Source: Gaiellaceae bacterium (GTDB lineage Bacteria; Actinomycetota; Thermoleophilia; Gaiellales; Gaiellaceae). Taken from it: 64,000 bases of DNA. Below, in pieces: positions 18,401-28,022 of this stretch (position 1 is the stretch's first letter; every line of letters starts with the position of its first letter). The notes under the pieces were generated by a model. That model worked only from the letters and a program-made list of their open reading frames with translations. It did not search any database and was not told the DNA's origin. The translations under genes and the position numbers were made by a program. The stretch is taken from contig DASWRL010000047.1 in the NCBI GenBank assembly GCA_036403195.1, forward strand, positions 1,462 through 65,461, written 5' to 3'.

Positions 18401-19183
18401 CTACATCCCGGCCATGCCGCCGCTCGGAACCACGAAGCCGGGCAGGGAGTCGGGTACGGCGAGAACGCCGACAGCGAGCGCGACTAGGAGCAGGGTTGTC
18501 GAGTAGACCGCGATGCGCCGCCACGGCAGCACCTTTTCGATCGTGATCAGCGCGGCGACAACGGCCATCCAGAGGATGCTCATCACGCCGAGCGCGAACA
18601 ATCCAGCCATCAGTGCCCAACAGCAGCCGACACACCAGACGGCATGCCTCGCCCCCATCGAAAGGGCCCCGCGGACGCCGCTCCGCCACGCCCCCATCAG
18701 GAACCCGAACGGGCTCCGGCATTTGCCGAGGCAAACGTCCTTCAACGGCGTCAGCTCATAGACGGCTGCGAACGCGAGGACACAGCCGGCGAGCCACCGG
18801 CCACCGGCGTGCCAAGCGAACTGAGGCCCAAGAGCATGCCGGCCGAGTGCGAAGACCGCGTAGGCGCAGACGCCGGCTGCACCCCAGACGACGAGATAGC
18901 CGCTGGTGAACGCGAGCGGGCGCGCTAGTCCACGCTGCCCCGCCATCCGGCCGTAAAGGGCGACGGTCGGTGAGACCGCCGGGAGCATCATCGCGGCCAT
19001 CATCACGATCCACACGCCGATGAACCAGCTGAGCGCACCAAGGGCGGTGCCAGGGCTGGCCCTCATCTCGCCCATAGAGCGGATCGTCGACCACCACGCG
19101 AGAGCGGCCAGGGCGAAGAGGAACGCGACCAGCCCGAGCCGCGCACGCGTCGCAGCAACAACATCCGCGCTGGCCGCGGTCAC
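18401..19183 (-). CDS. DUF2182-family predicted metal-binding integral membrane protein
   Basis: Motifs MMAAMMLPA, YELTPLKDVCLGKCRSPF and VWCVGCCWALM. Its start overlaps the DUF1326 gene's stop by 4 nt. Confidence 0.8.
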   Translation of the reverse strand: MTAASADVVAATRARLGLVAFLFALAALAWWSTIRSMGEMRASPGTALGALSWFIGVWIVMMAAMMLPAVSPTVALYGRMAGQRGLARPLAFTSGYLVVWGAAGVCAYAVFALGRHALGPQFAWHAGGRWLAGCVLAFAAVYELTPLKDVCLGKCRSPFGFLMGAWRSGVRGALSMGARHAVWCVGCCWALMAGLFALGVMSILWMAVVAALITIEKVLPWRRIAVYSTTLLLVALAVGVLAVPDSLPGFVVPSGGMAGM

Positions 19184-19782
19184 GCCGCCCAGACGAACTC
19201 AGAGCGCGAGAAGCCCGCCTTTCCTTCGTAGCTGATTCCGAACGCGTCGATCCGTGACCGCGTGGCGTGCGCGACCGTGAGGTCGGGGCCTGCCGGATGA
19301 AAGATCCCGACGAGCTTCGCCGGCTGCCCGGACTCGACGCCAAAGGGCACCAAGTCCTCGATCTCGAAGTCGACCGCGTCGCCGATCCGAACCGAGTGCG
19401 TGAGCCCGTCCTCCCGTACCTCGATCGGCGCCCGCTCGACACCGAGGTTCTCCCCGACAAGCGGCCCCAGCGCTTCCATCGGCCCTCCGAGCGCGCCGGA
19501 GAACACACCGCCCAGCTTCTCTGCCTGCTCGTCCGAGGCCGCCGAGTCAATGAAGACGCCGATGCGCCAGTTCCCATCGGTCATCACCTTCGGCGTATCG
19601 GCGACCGCGGCGACGGTAAGTCCGCCCACAGCGACGCCGTCGACCTCTCCGTCCTTCACATTGAAGACGAGCACGACGCGGCAGTAGTCGTTCGTCGCGC
19701 CGAACGACAAGGACGCTGTACACGGACACACAACGTCACACGAACAAGTCTCGAAATACGACCCGCTGATCCTCCACGCCAT
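19180..19782 (-). CDS. DUF1326-family protein
   Basis: The N-terminus MAWRISGSYFETCSCDVVCPCTAS is the characteristic Cys-rich DUF1326 start. Confidence 0.8.
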   Translation of the reverse strand: MAWRISGSYFETCSCDVVCPCTASLSFGATNDYCRVVLVFNVKDGEVDGVAVGGLTVAAVADTPKVMTDGNWRIGVFIDSAASDEQAEKLGGVFSGALGGPMEALGPLVGENLGVERAPIEVREDGLTHSVRIGDAVDFEIEDLVPFGVESGQPAKLVGIFHPAGPDLTVAHATRSRIDAFGISYEGKAGFSRSEFVWAA

Positions 19783-20285
19783 GTCGCCCTCCCTTGCGCC
19801 CCTGAGTTCCGGCGATTCTCCCGCCCAACAGCGGACGAGTCAACACGATGCAACAGCGGTGTTGTCACCCGTGCGCTCGCGCGGCAGCTTGGGGGCGTTC
19901 CGCCGTTCAGGCGCCACCTCGCTCGCCGAACCCGAGTCGTAAGTAGAACCCGGTGGCATTCGGGTTCGCGATCACGTCAAGGCGCGCCGCGCCGGCCGCG
20001 GCGCGCGCTCCGCAGCACCCTCGACGAGGAGGCGACGAACTCCGTGGCGCACGACATCCGGCTCGACGAAGATATCCGCGAGCTCGCAGCGACCTCCGTC
20101 GAGGCGGCACCGCCGAGAAGCCGAGCCGCCGCCCGTCCTGCCGACGGCGACCGCGATGCGGCCCTCCGCGAGCGCTCGTCTGGTTGGCCGTCTCGGATCA
20201 GCGCGACGAGGGCACGCAATCCGCCTCACGTCCTTCGACGTACCGTTCGCATCGGGGGCAACTGCGGTCGGGACGGAGGTACGGG

Positions 20286-21443
20286 ATGGGAGGCAAGGGG
20301 AGACGGAGGGTCGCGGTGACCGTGGCGGTGGCGGCGACGCTCGCCGTGACGGGGTTGGCGGCCGCCGCGGGAAGCTGGCAGGTGGTGCCGGTGACGGCCG
20401 CCGCCGGATCGACGGCATCGGGACTGTCCTTCGACGGGACGGCGGACGGCTGGCTCGTCGGGTCGATTCCGCAGCAGCCGGGGTATTCGAACCTCGGCAA
20501 GGCGCCGTTGACGGAACGCTGGAACGGCAGCACCTGGAGCGCTGTTACGGCGCCCGACACGAAGTTCTACGACGACACGCTGAACGCGGTGGCGGCACTG
20601 TCGCCGACGAACGCTTGGGCGGTCGGGCAGCACAAGCGCACGGGCTTCAAGAGCCCGGTGACGCCGTTTGTCCTCCATTGGAACGGCAGCTCGTGGTCGG
20701 AGGTCGCGACGCCGACGCTCGCGTTCACCCGGGCGAGCCTCTCAGCGATCGCGGCCGTGTCGGCGTCCGACATCTGGGCAGTCGGCACGACGTTCACGGG
20801 CGGCCCGCTGATCGAGCACTGGAACGGCGCCGCGTGGTCGGTCATGAACGGGCCGACGGTGACAGGCGGATCCCTCACCGGCGTTTCCGCCACGGGACCG
20901 AACGACGTGTGGGCCGTCGGGTCGGTCTCGGCGAGGACGCTCGTCGAGCATTGGAACGGCACGGCCTGGGCCGTCGTCGCGAGCCCGAACGCACCGGCGC
21001 AGGCACCGGGAGTCGCCGCGAGCGACCTGCTCACGAGCGTCACCGCGGTCGCACCGAACGACGCCTGGGCCGTCGGCTACACGATCGACGTCCAGTCGGG
21101 CAGCTTGCTGCCGCTGAAGACGCTCACCGAGCACTGGAACGGCAGCGCGTGGAGCATCGTCGCCAGCCCGAGCACGAAGGGCCACAACGTCCTCATGGGC
21201 GTCCGGGCGCTAGGCAGTGGCGACGTCTGGGCCGTCGGAAGCGGTTGGACGGACCAGGCGACCGGCGTGCCTGTCGAGACGCCGGAGCTCCTCCACTGGA
21301 ACGGCGCATCCTGGACCGCTGTCGCACCACCGGCGAATGTCGGCGCGAGCGACAACTTCCTCTCCGCCGTGACCTCCGTCGGCACGACCGTCTGGGCGGC
21401 CGGGACGGGATCGAACGCACCGCTCCTCCTGCGCGGCCCCTGA
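20286..21443 (+). CDS. Secreted six-repeat (HWNGxxW) beta-propeller-like protein
   Basis: GGAGG RBS and a signal/TM segment (VAVTVAVAATLAVTGLAAAAG). Six units contain (E/L)(R/H)WNG(S/T/A)xW(S/A/T) plus xDxWAVG. The track ORF from 19953 is over-extended. Confidence 0.75.
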   Translation: MGGKGRRRVAVTVAVAATLAVTGLAAAAGSWQVVPVTAAAGSTASGLSFDGTADGWLVGSIPQQPGYSNLGKAPLTERWNGSTWSAVTAPDTKFYDDTLNAVAALSPTNAWAVGQHKRTGFKSPVTPFVLHWNGSSWSEVATPTLAFTRASLSAIAAVSASDIWAVGTTFTGGPLIEHWNGAAWSVMNGPTVTGGSLTGVSATGPNDVWAVGSVSARTLVEHWNGTAWAVVASPNAPAQAPGVAASDLLTSVTAVAPNDAWAVGYTIDVQSGSLLPLKTLTEHWNGSAWSIVASPSTKGHNVLMGVRALGSGDVWAVGSGWTDQATGVPVETPELLHWNGASWTAVAPPANVGASDNFLSAVTSVGTTVWAAGTGSNAPLLLRGP

Positions 21444-21448
21444 CCCAC

Positions 21449-21478
21449 GCGGGCGGCCCGCCTGCGCGGGCCGCCCGC
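21449..21478. terminator. Perfect 13-bp stem, 4-nt loop hairpin between convergent genes
   Basis: gcgggcggcccgc ctgc gcgggccgcccgc, followed by tcttcctc. Confidence 0.55.
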
Positions 21479-21567
21479 TCTTCCTCAGCGGCTGCGGAGT
21501 GAGAGCGCGCGCCCGGAGTTGAAGGTCAGGCCGGGCGCCGACGGAAAGCCGGGCGCCCCGCGTCGGA

Positions 21568-22233
21568 TCACTCCGCGCCGGGCGTGACGAGGCCGCTCTC
21601 GTAGGCGAGGACGACGGCCTGGACGCGGTCGCGCAGGCCCAGCTTCCCGAGGATGCGGGTGACGTGCGTCTTGACCGTCGCCTCGCTGACGACGAGGGTC
21701 GCTGCGATCTCGCCGTTCGAGAGTCCGCGTGCGACGAGCCGCAACACCTCGAGCTCCCGCGCGGTGACGTCCTCGAGCGCCGGCGGTCCCTGGAGCCGCC
21801 CGGGGCGGGCTGCGAACTCGGCCACGAGGCGCTTCGTGATCGACGGCGCGATGAGCGCGTCGCCGGAAGCGACGACCCGGACCGCGTCGGCGAGATCGGT
21901 CGCCTTCACGTCCTTGAGCAAGAACCCGCCGGCACCTGCGCGGAGCGCGTCGTAGACGTGCTCGTCGAGGTCGAACGTCGTCAGGACGAGCACGTGCGGC
22001 CCACCCTCCGGCGCGGCGTCCGCGCGGATGCGCCGCGTCGCCGAGATACCGTCCAGGACGGGCATGCGGACGTCCATCAGGACCACGTCGGGCCGCAGCC
22101 GACGGCTGAGCTCGATCGCCTGCTCGCCGTTCTCGGCCTCCGCGACGACCTCGAGGTCGGGCTCGGCGTCGAGGACGACACGGAAGCCGACGCGCACGAG
22201 CTCCTGGTCGTCGGCGATCAGGAGCCTGATCAC
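21568..22233 (-). CDS. NarL/LuxR-family response regulator
   Basis: Receiver [16 protein letters not shown]...[11 protein letters not shown]-terminal [39 protein letters not shown]. Confidence 0.93.
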   Translation of the reverse strand: MIRLLIADDQELVRVGFRVVLDAEPDLEVVAEAENGEQAIELSRRLRPDVVLMDVRMPVLDGISATRRIRADAAPEGGPHVLVLTTFDLDEHVYDALRAGAGGFLLKDVKATDLADAVRVVASGDALIAPSITKRLVAEFAARPGRLQGPPALEDVTARELEVLRLVARGLSNGEIAATLVVSEATVKTHVTRILGKLGLRDRVQAVVLAYESGLVTPGAE

Positions 22234-23444
22234 GGGACGTCCCCGATCGGGAGACGTGCTTGCAGGCGCCAGCCCCCCTCCGGCCGCGGGCTGCTCTCGA
22301 GCTCACCGCCGTAGAGCGTGACGCGCTCGCGCAGCCCGACCAGGCCCTGGCCGCTGCCGGCGCCGTTGCCGCTCGCGCCCCCACCGTCGTCGTCGACCTC
22401 GACCGAGAGGTGCGTCCGCTCGTAGACGATCCGGACGTGGGCGCGATCGGCGCCGGAGTGCTTGAGCGCGTTCGTGAGCCCCTCCTGCACGAGCCGGTAG
22501 GCGGCGAGGTCGAGCCCCGCCGAGAGTGGGACGGGCTCTCCGGCGACCACGACCTCGACGGGAAGGCCCGCGTCGCTGACCTGTGCCGCGAGCAGGTCGA
22601 GCTGCGCCAACCCCGGCTGCGGCTCCAGCGTTGCGCCGTCGGTCTCGCGGAGCATCCCGAGGAGCCGCCGCATCTCCTGCATCGCGGTGCGCGCCGTGGT
22701 CTCGATCGCCTCGAGGCTCTCCCGTGTGCGCTCCTCATCCTTCCCGACGAGTCGCTGGCCGGCCTGCGCCTGGACGACGACCACGCTCACGGCGTGGGCG
22801 ATGACGTCGTGCAGCTCGCGCGCGATCCGCGCCCGCTCCGCGGCGACCGCCTCGCGCGCTCGCTGCTCGCGATCCGCGACGAGCCGCGACGTCTCGTCCT
22901 CGAGCGCGACGATCCGTCCCTGCCGACCCCTAACCGCAGCGCCGAACAGCCACGAGACCCCGACCAGCCCCGCCGGGAAGACGACGTCGCCGATCCCGCG
23001 CACGTGCGCGTCGCGGAGCTCGTGCACCGCCCCGACGGCAAGACCGGCCACCAGCACCACGACGCGGCGGTCGGTGTTCGCGGTCGCTGAGTAGACCGCG
23101 ACGATCCATACGACGAAGCTGCTCGCCGCCTCGGCGCCGCCGAACGCAACCGAGGCGCACGCCATCGTTCCGAGAACGAGCGCGAAGGCAAGGAGCGGCC
23201 GCCGGCGCCGGAGGACGAGCGGGAGCGTGAGGAGCGGCACGACCACGAGCGCGTTCGCGATCCGCGGCCCGGGATACACCGGATCGCCCTGATAGGTCGC
23301 GCCGCCCCACAGCTCGGCCTCGCCGAGCGCGAGCACGGCGAGCGCGAGCGCTACGTCGGCGGAGGTGGACCGGAGCAGTCGCCGCACGGTGAGGAGTGCG
23401 TTGCTCATCGCCGTGAACCTAACCCGGAGCCCGGGCCGGCGCAT
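22230..23444 (-). CDS. Sensor histidine kinase (HisKA_3/DesK-NarX type)
   Basis: N-terminal TM segments. H-box [18 protein letters not shown]. HATPase motifs LTNALKHSG and [11 protein letters not shown]. It overlaps the RR start by 4 nt. An alternative start is at 23408. Confidence 0.88.
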   Translation of the reverse strand: MRRPGLRVRFTAMSNALLTVRRLLRSTSADVALALAVLALGEAELWGGATYQGDPVYPGPRIANALVVVPLLTLPLVLRRRRPLLAFALVLGTMACASVAFGGAEAASSFVVWIVAVYSATANTDRRVVVLVAGLAVGAVHELRDAHVRGIGDVVFPAGLVGVSWLFGAAVRGRQGRIVALEDETSRLVADREQRAREAVAAERARIARELHDVIAHAVSVVVVQAQAGQRLVGKDEERTRESLEAIETTARTAMQEMRRLLGMLRETDGATLEPQPGLAQLDLLAAQVSDAGLPVEVVVAGEPVPLSAGLDLAAYRLVQEGLTNALKHSGADRAHVRIVYERTHLSVEVDDDGGGASGNGAGSGQGLVGLRERVTLYGGELESSPRPEGGWRLQARLPIGDVP

Positions 23445-23576
23445 CCGACCGAGGTCTGATTCGGCGGCCGCGAAAGATCAACCTCGGGATTTAGGCGAGA
23501 TCACCGGCCGCGCCGACGACGCCGGGACGAGGAGCACCTACCGTCGACAGCGTCACCGAACGAACCGGAGGATCTC

Positions 23577-24122
23577 ATGGACACACGCTTCGAACTTCGC
23601 CGTTTCGCCCCGCTCCTCGCGGCAACCGGCGGCCTCGCCTACGCCGCCGTCGGAGCCCTCCTCGCACGCTCGCCGCAGCCGGAGCATCACTGGCACACCG
23701 CCGCGTACGCGGTCGAAGCGCTCTTCGCGATGGCGCTCGCGCTCACGATCCCGCTCGTGCCGTTCCTGCGGGTCGGCCGCTCCCTGGTCGAGCGGCTGGC
23801 GGTCCGCGCCTCGCAGGCCGGCTTCACCGCGATGCTCGTCAGCGCGCTCGCGAGCATTGCCGTCGGAGGCGACACGCTCGGCCCCGCGTTCTTCCTGGGC
23901 GTGCTCGGCGCACTTGCCGGCCTGCTCGCGCTTGCGATCCAGGCACTCCGGGCCCGCCGTCAGCACTGGTGGGCCTCGCCGGTCGCCTTCGCCGGCGTCG
24001 TGCTCGGCATCGCCCTCGGCGACCACGGCGGGACGCTCCTGCTCGGCCTCGCGTGGATCGCCGTCTCGATCGCCCTGCAGCAGCACCCGATCAGCCGCCG
24101 CGTCGCAACCGCGAGCGCCTGA
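23577..24122 (+). CDS. Hypothetical integral membrane protein (181 aa)
   Basis: GGAGG RBS. About 5-6 hydrophobic helices. No family recognised. Confidence 0.6.
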   Translation: MDTRFELRRFAPLLAATGGLAYAAVGALLARSPQPEHHWHTAAYAVEALFAMALALTIPLVPFLRVGRSLVERLAVRASQAGFTAMLVSALASIAVGGDTLGPAFFLGVLGALAGLLALAIQALRARRQHWWASPVAFAGVVLGIALGDHGGTLLLGLAWIAVSIALQQHPISRRVATASA

Positions 24123-25078
24123 GGCAACCGAACCTCTCCGGACGCACGACCGCCGCTCGCTCGGCGGCCGTGCGTCCCGTCGAGCGACCGGCCGGCCAGG
24201 CGGTCGACCATCGCGGCGGCGGCCGCGAGGCCCGCGGCGATCCGGTCGTGGCCCGGCTGCCCCAGCACGACGCCCGTGATCGTCGTCCGTTTGCCGTCGA
24301 CCCGGCGAATTGCCCGGAAGGCGAAGCAACCGCCGGCCGCGTCGTCCGAGCCGGTCTTCACCCCGACGAACCCGTCGTGGCCGAGCAACGTGTCGGTGTT
24401 GTCGACGGGGCCGACGACCGGCAACGTCACGCGCGGCGTGGCGACGATGCTCGCGAACACCGGCAGCTCCATCGCCCGCTCGACGATGCGAACCTGGTCC
24501 GCCGCAGTCGAAACGGTTGCGTCGTCGAAGCCGCTCGGGTCGGTGTACCGGGTACGCGTCATGCCGAGCGCCCGTGCCGTCGCGTTCATCCTCCCGACGA
24601 ACCGGCGAACCGAGCCCGCATCCCACCGCGCCAGCACCGCGGCGACGTTGTTCGCCGACGGGAGCAGCAGCGCCTGCAGCGCCTGGAGCTCGGTCAGCTC
24701 CTCTCCCGCGGCGACGGGGACGACCGATTCCTCCTGCCCGCGCCGACGCTCGGTGTCGGCGACGTCGGCGTCCGTGAGCATGACCGTGGGGCCGCTCTCC
24801 CCGGCGCGCAGCGGGTGGTCGCGGAGCACGAGGTAGGCCGTCATCACCTTCGCCACGCTGGCGATCGGAGCCGCGTGCTGGCTCGGGCCGGTGTGGATCT
24901 GCGACTCCCCGCCTACGAGGTACGCCGCCTGACCATGTGCCGGCCACACACCGCTCGGGACGGGCGCGCCACCTACCCGAAGCTGCGCCGTGGGCGGAGC
25001 GGCGGCCGTCGACGGGAACAGGTGCCCGGCGGATGCACAGGCCGCCCCGATCACGACCGCGAGACCGGCGACACGCAT
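23960..25078 (-). CDS. Serine-type D-Ala-D-Ala carboxypeptidase (peptidase S11/PBP5-like)
   Basis: Motifs SxxK (ASVAKVMT), SxN (PSANN) and KTG (GVKTGS). Signal-like MRVAGLAVVIGAACASAG. Upstream in-frame ATGs lie at 25156, 25144 and 25129. The 3' end runs 163 nt antisense into the neighbouring gene. Confidence 0.85.
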   Translation of the reverse strand: MRVAGLAVVIGAACASAGHLFPSTAAAPPTAQLRVGGAPVPSGVWPAHGQAAYLVGGESQIHTGPSQHAAPIASVAKVMTAYLVLRDHPLRAGESGPTVMLTDADVADTERRRGQEESVVPVAAGEELTELQALQALLLPSANNVAAVLARWDAGSVRRFVGRMNATARALGMTRTRYTDPSGFDDATVSTAADQVRIVERAMELPVFASIVATPRVTLPVVGPVDNTDTLLGHDGFVGVKTGSDDAAGGCFAFRAIRRVDGKRTTITGVVLGQPGHDRIAAGLAAAAAMVDRLAGRSLDGTHGRRASGGRASGEVRLPQALAVATRRLIGCCCRAIETAIHARPSRSVPPWSPRAMPSTTPAKATGEAHQC

Positions 25079-25120
25079 CCTGCGAATGCGGATCCGACGG
25101 GCCGTCGCTCGTGCTTCGCG

Positions 25121-25150
25121 GTGCGGCATCCGACGGTGCGGCATCCGACG
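25121..25150. repeat. Perfect 15-nt tandem duplication (gtgcggcatccgacg x2)
   Basis: Direct inspection. A third ATCCGACG copy lies at 25092-25099. The repeat is in the carboxypeptidase 5' region, within the divergent intergenic region next to the OmpR-type RR gene. Confidence 0.9.
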
Positions 25151-25229
25151 ATTCAAGGGGCCGCGGCGTTGCCGACGCGTATCCGGTTTTCGATATGCCG
25201 GCGATACGCCGCGGATCTAGCATCCGGGC

Positions 25230-25904
25230 GTGCGGGTCTTGATCGTCGAGGACGAGCCCTACATGGCAGAAGCGATCCGCGACGGCCTGCGGCTCGAAGC
25301 GATCGCGGCCGACATCGCGGGAGACGGAGACAGCGCCCTGGAGCTGCTCCGCGTCAACGCCTACGACATCGCCGTCCTCGACCGCGACATCCCGGGGCCG
25401 TCCGGCGACGAGATCGCCCAAGGGATCGTCGCCTCCGGCAGCGGGATGCCGATCCTCATGCTGACCGCCGCCGACCGTCTCGACGACAAGGCAACGGGAT
25501 TCGAGCTCGGCGCCGACGACTACCTGACGAAGCCCTTCGAGCTCCGAGAGCTCGTCCTTCGTCTGAGAGCGCTCGACCGCAGGCGCGCCCACAACCGGCC
25601 GCCCGTTCGAGAGGTCGCAGGCGTGCGGCTCGATCCGTTCCGCCGCGAGGTGCACCGCGACGGCCGCTACGTCGCGCTCACCAGGAAGCAGTTCGCGGTC
25701 CTCGAGGTCCTCGTCGCCGCGGACGGCGGCGTCGTCAGCGCCGAAGCGCTGCTGGCGCAGGCGTGGGACGAGAATGCGGATCCGTTCACCAACGCCGTAC
25801 GCATCACGGTCTCGGGGCTCCGGAAGCGGCTCGGCGAGCCGTGGGTCATCGCGACCGTGCCCGGCGTCGGCTACCGGATCGACGCGGGAGAAGTCCATGG
25901 ATAG
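25230..25904 (+). CDS. OmpR/PhoB-family response regulator
   Basis: MRVLIVEDEPYMAEAIRDGL...DIAVLDRDIPGPSGDEI and LTAADRLDDKATGFELGADDYLTKPF, with a winged-helix C-terminus. GTG start. Confidence 0.93.
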   Translation: MRVLIVEDEPYMAEAIRDGLRLEAIAADIAGDGDSALELLRVNAYDIAVLDRDIPGPSGDEIAQGIVASGSGMPILMLTAADRLDDKATGFELGADDYLTKPFELRELVLRLRALDRRRAHNRPPVREVAGVRLDPFRREVHRDGRYVALTRKQFAVLEVLVAADGGVVSAEALLAQAWDENADPFTNAVRITVSGLRKRLGEPWVIATVPGVGYRIDAGEVHG

Positions 25905-27003
25905 GGCGCCCGGTCTCAGCGTGCGCCTCAAGCTCACCGTCAGCTACGCGGGTTTCGTGATGCTCGCCGGCGCCGTGCTGCTCGCCGCCGGGTACTTCTC
26001 GCTCTCCCGCGGCGTCCATCCCGGCGTCGTCTTCATGGTGCGCAGCCACGCCGACCTCCTCCGCGATTTCGCTCCGATCGCGGCGATCGTGATGACGTTC
26101 CTGCTGGTGTTCGGCCTCGTGGGCGGCTGGTTCCTCGCAGGGCGGATGCTCGCGCCGCTGACCCGCATCACCGATGCGACACGGACCGCCGCGACCGGCT
26201 CGCTGTCGCACCGGATCGATTTGGAGGGCCGCCGGGACGAGTTCCGCGATCTCGCCGACAGCTTCGACGCGATGCTCGAGCGGCTCGAAGCGCACGTCGC
26301 CGAGCAGCAGCGATTCGCGGCGAATGCGTCCCACGAGCTGCGCACGCCGCTCGCGATCACGCAGACACTGCTCGACGTCGCTCGCCACGATCCCGGCGGC
26401 GGGACCCGCGAGCTCGTCGATCGCCTCCACGCCGTCAACAGTCGCGCCATCGACCTCACCGAGGCGCTCCTCCTCCTCAGCCGGGCGGACCAGCGGTCGT
26501 TCGGCCATGAGCACATCGACCTCTCACTCGTGGCGGAACAAGCCACCGAAACGCTCCTCCCCCTCGCCGAGAAGCGGGGCGTCACCGTCGACACATCGGG
26601 CGACGCGGCATACACGACAGGCTCGAACGCGCTCCTGCTCCAGCTCACCTCGAACCTCGTGCACAACGCGATCGTCCACAACCTGTCCCAGGGCGGCACC
26701 GTCCGCGTGTCGACCGCCGTCCGATCGAACCGCGCGGTACTGACGGTCGAGAACACGGGCGAGGCGATCGCCGCGGACGTCGTCGCGACGCTGCCCGAGC
26801 CGTTTCAGCGCGGCACGGAGCGCGTCCGCACCGACCACGCGGGCGTCGGGCTCGGGCTGGCGATCGTCCAGCGGATCGCCGAAGCGCACGACGGCATGCT
26901 CACCCTCGCGCCGCGACGTGAAGGAGGGCTCCTGGCGACGGTCGACCTACCGATCGCCGGCATCGCCACCCGTTCCCTTGTGACGGCGCGCGGCGCCTCG
27001 TGA
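25897..27003 (+). CDS. Sensor histidine kinase (2 TM, HAMP, HisKA, HATPase_c)
   Basis: H-box FAANASHELRTPLA. N-box LVHNAIVHN. G-boxes follow. ATG overlaps the RR stop by 8 nt. Confidence 0.9.
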   Translation: MDRAPGLSVRLKLTVSYAGFVMLAGAVLLAAGYFSLSRGVHPGVVFMVRSHADLLRDFAPIAAIVMTFLLVFGLVGGWFLAGRMLAPLTRITDATRTAATGSLSHRIDLEGRRDEFRDLADSFDAMLERLEAHVAEQQRFAANASHELRTPLAITQTLLDVARHDPGGGTRELVDRLHAVNSRAIDLTEALLLLSRADQRSFGHEHIDLSLVAEQATETLLPLAEKRGVTVDTSGDAAYTTGSNALLLQLTSNLVHNAIVHNLSQGGTVRVSTAVRSNRAVLTVENTGEAIAADVVATLPEPFQRGTERVRTDHAGVGLGLAIVQRIAEAHDGMLTLAPRREGGLLATVDLPIAGIATRSLVTARGAS

Positions 27004-27058
27004 GCACGAAGCAGATCGCACCGTCTCCGCTCAACCTTCCTGCCCCGATGCCGATGGG

Positions 27059-27265
27059 ATGCGCGTGCCGACGCTTTGCCTCGAGTATCCGAACGGCCGC
27101 GTCCACCGCTTGGCGGTGACGGAGAAGATGCGAGCCGGGCAGGAGTTCGACCTCTACGGCCGGCGCTGGAAGGTGGTCGGCTCCGACCCGAGAGCCGTCC
27201 GGACCCGCGCCCGCCGCGGCGCGACCGCCCCGGAGCCCGATCTGATCTGCCGCCAGACCGCCTGA
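27059..27265 (+). CDS. Small hypothetical protein (68 aa)
   Basis: GC3-rich frame MRVPTLCLEYPNGRVHRLAVTEKMRAGQEFDLYGRRWKVVG... The RBS is weak. Confidence 0.4.
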   Translation: MRVPTLCLEYPNGRVHRLAVTEKMRAGQEFDLYGRRWKVVGSDPRAVRTRARRGATAPEPDLICRQTA

Positions 27266-27266
27266 T

Positions 27267-28022
27267 CTAGGCGGCGCGGCGCTCCGTCCACCAGCGGCCG
27301 GCGAGCAGGAAGGCAGCCGCCCAGGCGACGAAGACGGCCGCGGCCGTTCCCGTGCTCATCGCGATCCTCGTCCCCGCGTCGGAGGATTCCGGCAGGAGCG
27401 AGACGGCTGCTGCGACGTAGCTGCCCTTGCGGATTCCTCCGAGGCTCCCGATGTTCTGCAGGAGCGGGGCGACGATCGCGACCCAGGCGATCAGGACGCC
27501 GACGACGACGCGCGAGCTCGCGAAGGCCGCGATGCCGATCGCGACGGCGATGTTGACGACGGTGACCGAGAAGAGGTAGCCGGCGTAGTGCGCGATCGTG
27601 CCGGCCGAGGGCGTGGCCGTGCCACCGGCGAAGAGGAACGAGCAGAGGACGGCGAGCCCGAAGCTGGCGACCAGCATCGGCAGGAAGACGACGACGGCGC
27701 CGGGGAAGCGGATGTTGAAGAGCGTCCTTCGCGGGCGCCCGGTGACGACGAGGTCGCGGAAGACGCCGGCCGCGACGTCCTGTGTCCCGGCGGCGGCGCC
27801 GAGGAGGATCGAGGCGACCGTGCCGAGCCCGCCGATCACGAACACCAGGTGGTCGAGGTTCGTCGCGCCGCCGGCCGGCGGGTGCTTGCTGCCGTTGACC
27901 GCATGCAGGACGACCAGGATCGTCTCGGTGACGACGACGGCGCCGAGGGTCAGCAGTGCGGACCAGATCATCGTGCCGCGGCGCCGGACGAGCTTCAGCA
28001 CCTCGGCGTTCAGGAGCCTCAT
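27267..28022 (-). CDS. ABC-2-type exporter permease
   Basis: MRLLNAEVLKLVRRRGTMIWSALL... with 6 TM. ATG overlaps the ATPase stop (TGATG). The track ORF to 28349 is over-extended. Confidence 0.8.
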   Translation of the reverse strand: MRLLNAEVLKLVRRRGTMIWSALLTLGAVVVTETILVVLHAVNGSKHPPAGGATNLDHLVFVIGGLGTVASILLGAAAGTQDVAAGVFRDLVVTGRPRRTLFNIRFPGAVVVFLPMLVASFGLAVLCSFLFAGGTATPSAGTIAHYAGYLFSVTVVNIAVAIGIAAFASSRVVVGVLIAWVAIVAPLLQNIGSLGGIRKGSYVAAAVSLLPESSDAGTRIAMSTGTAAAVFVAWAAAFLLAGRWWTERRAA

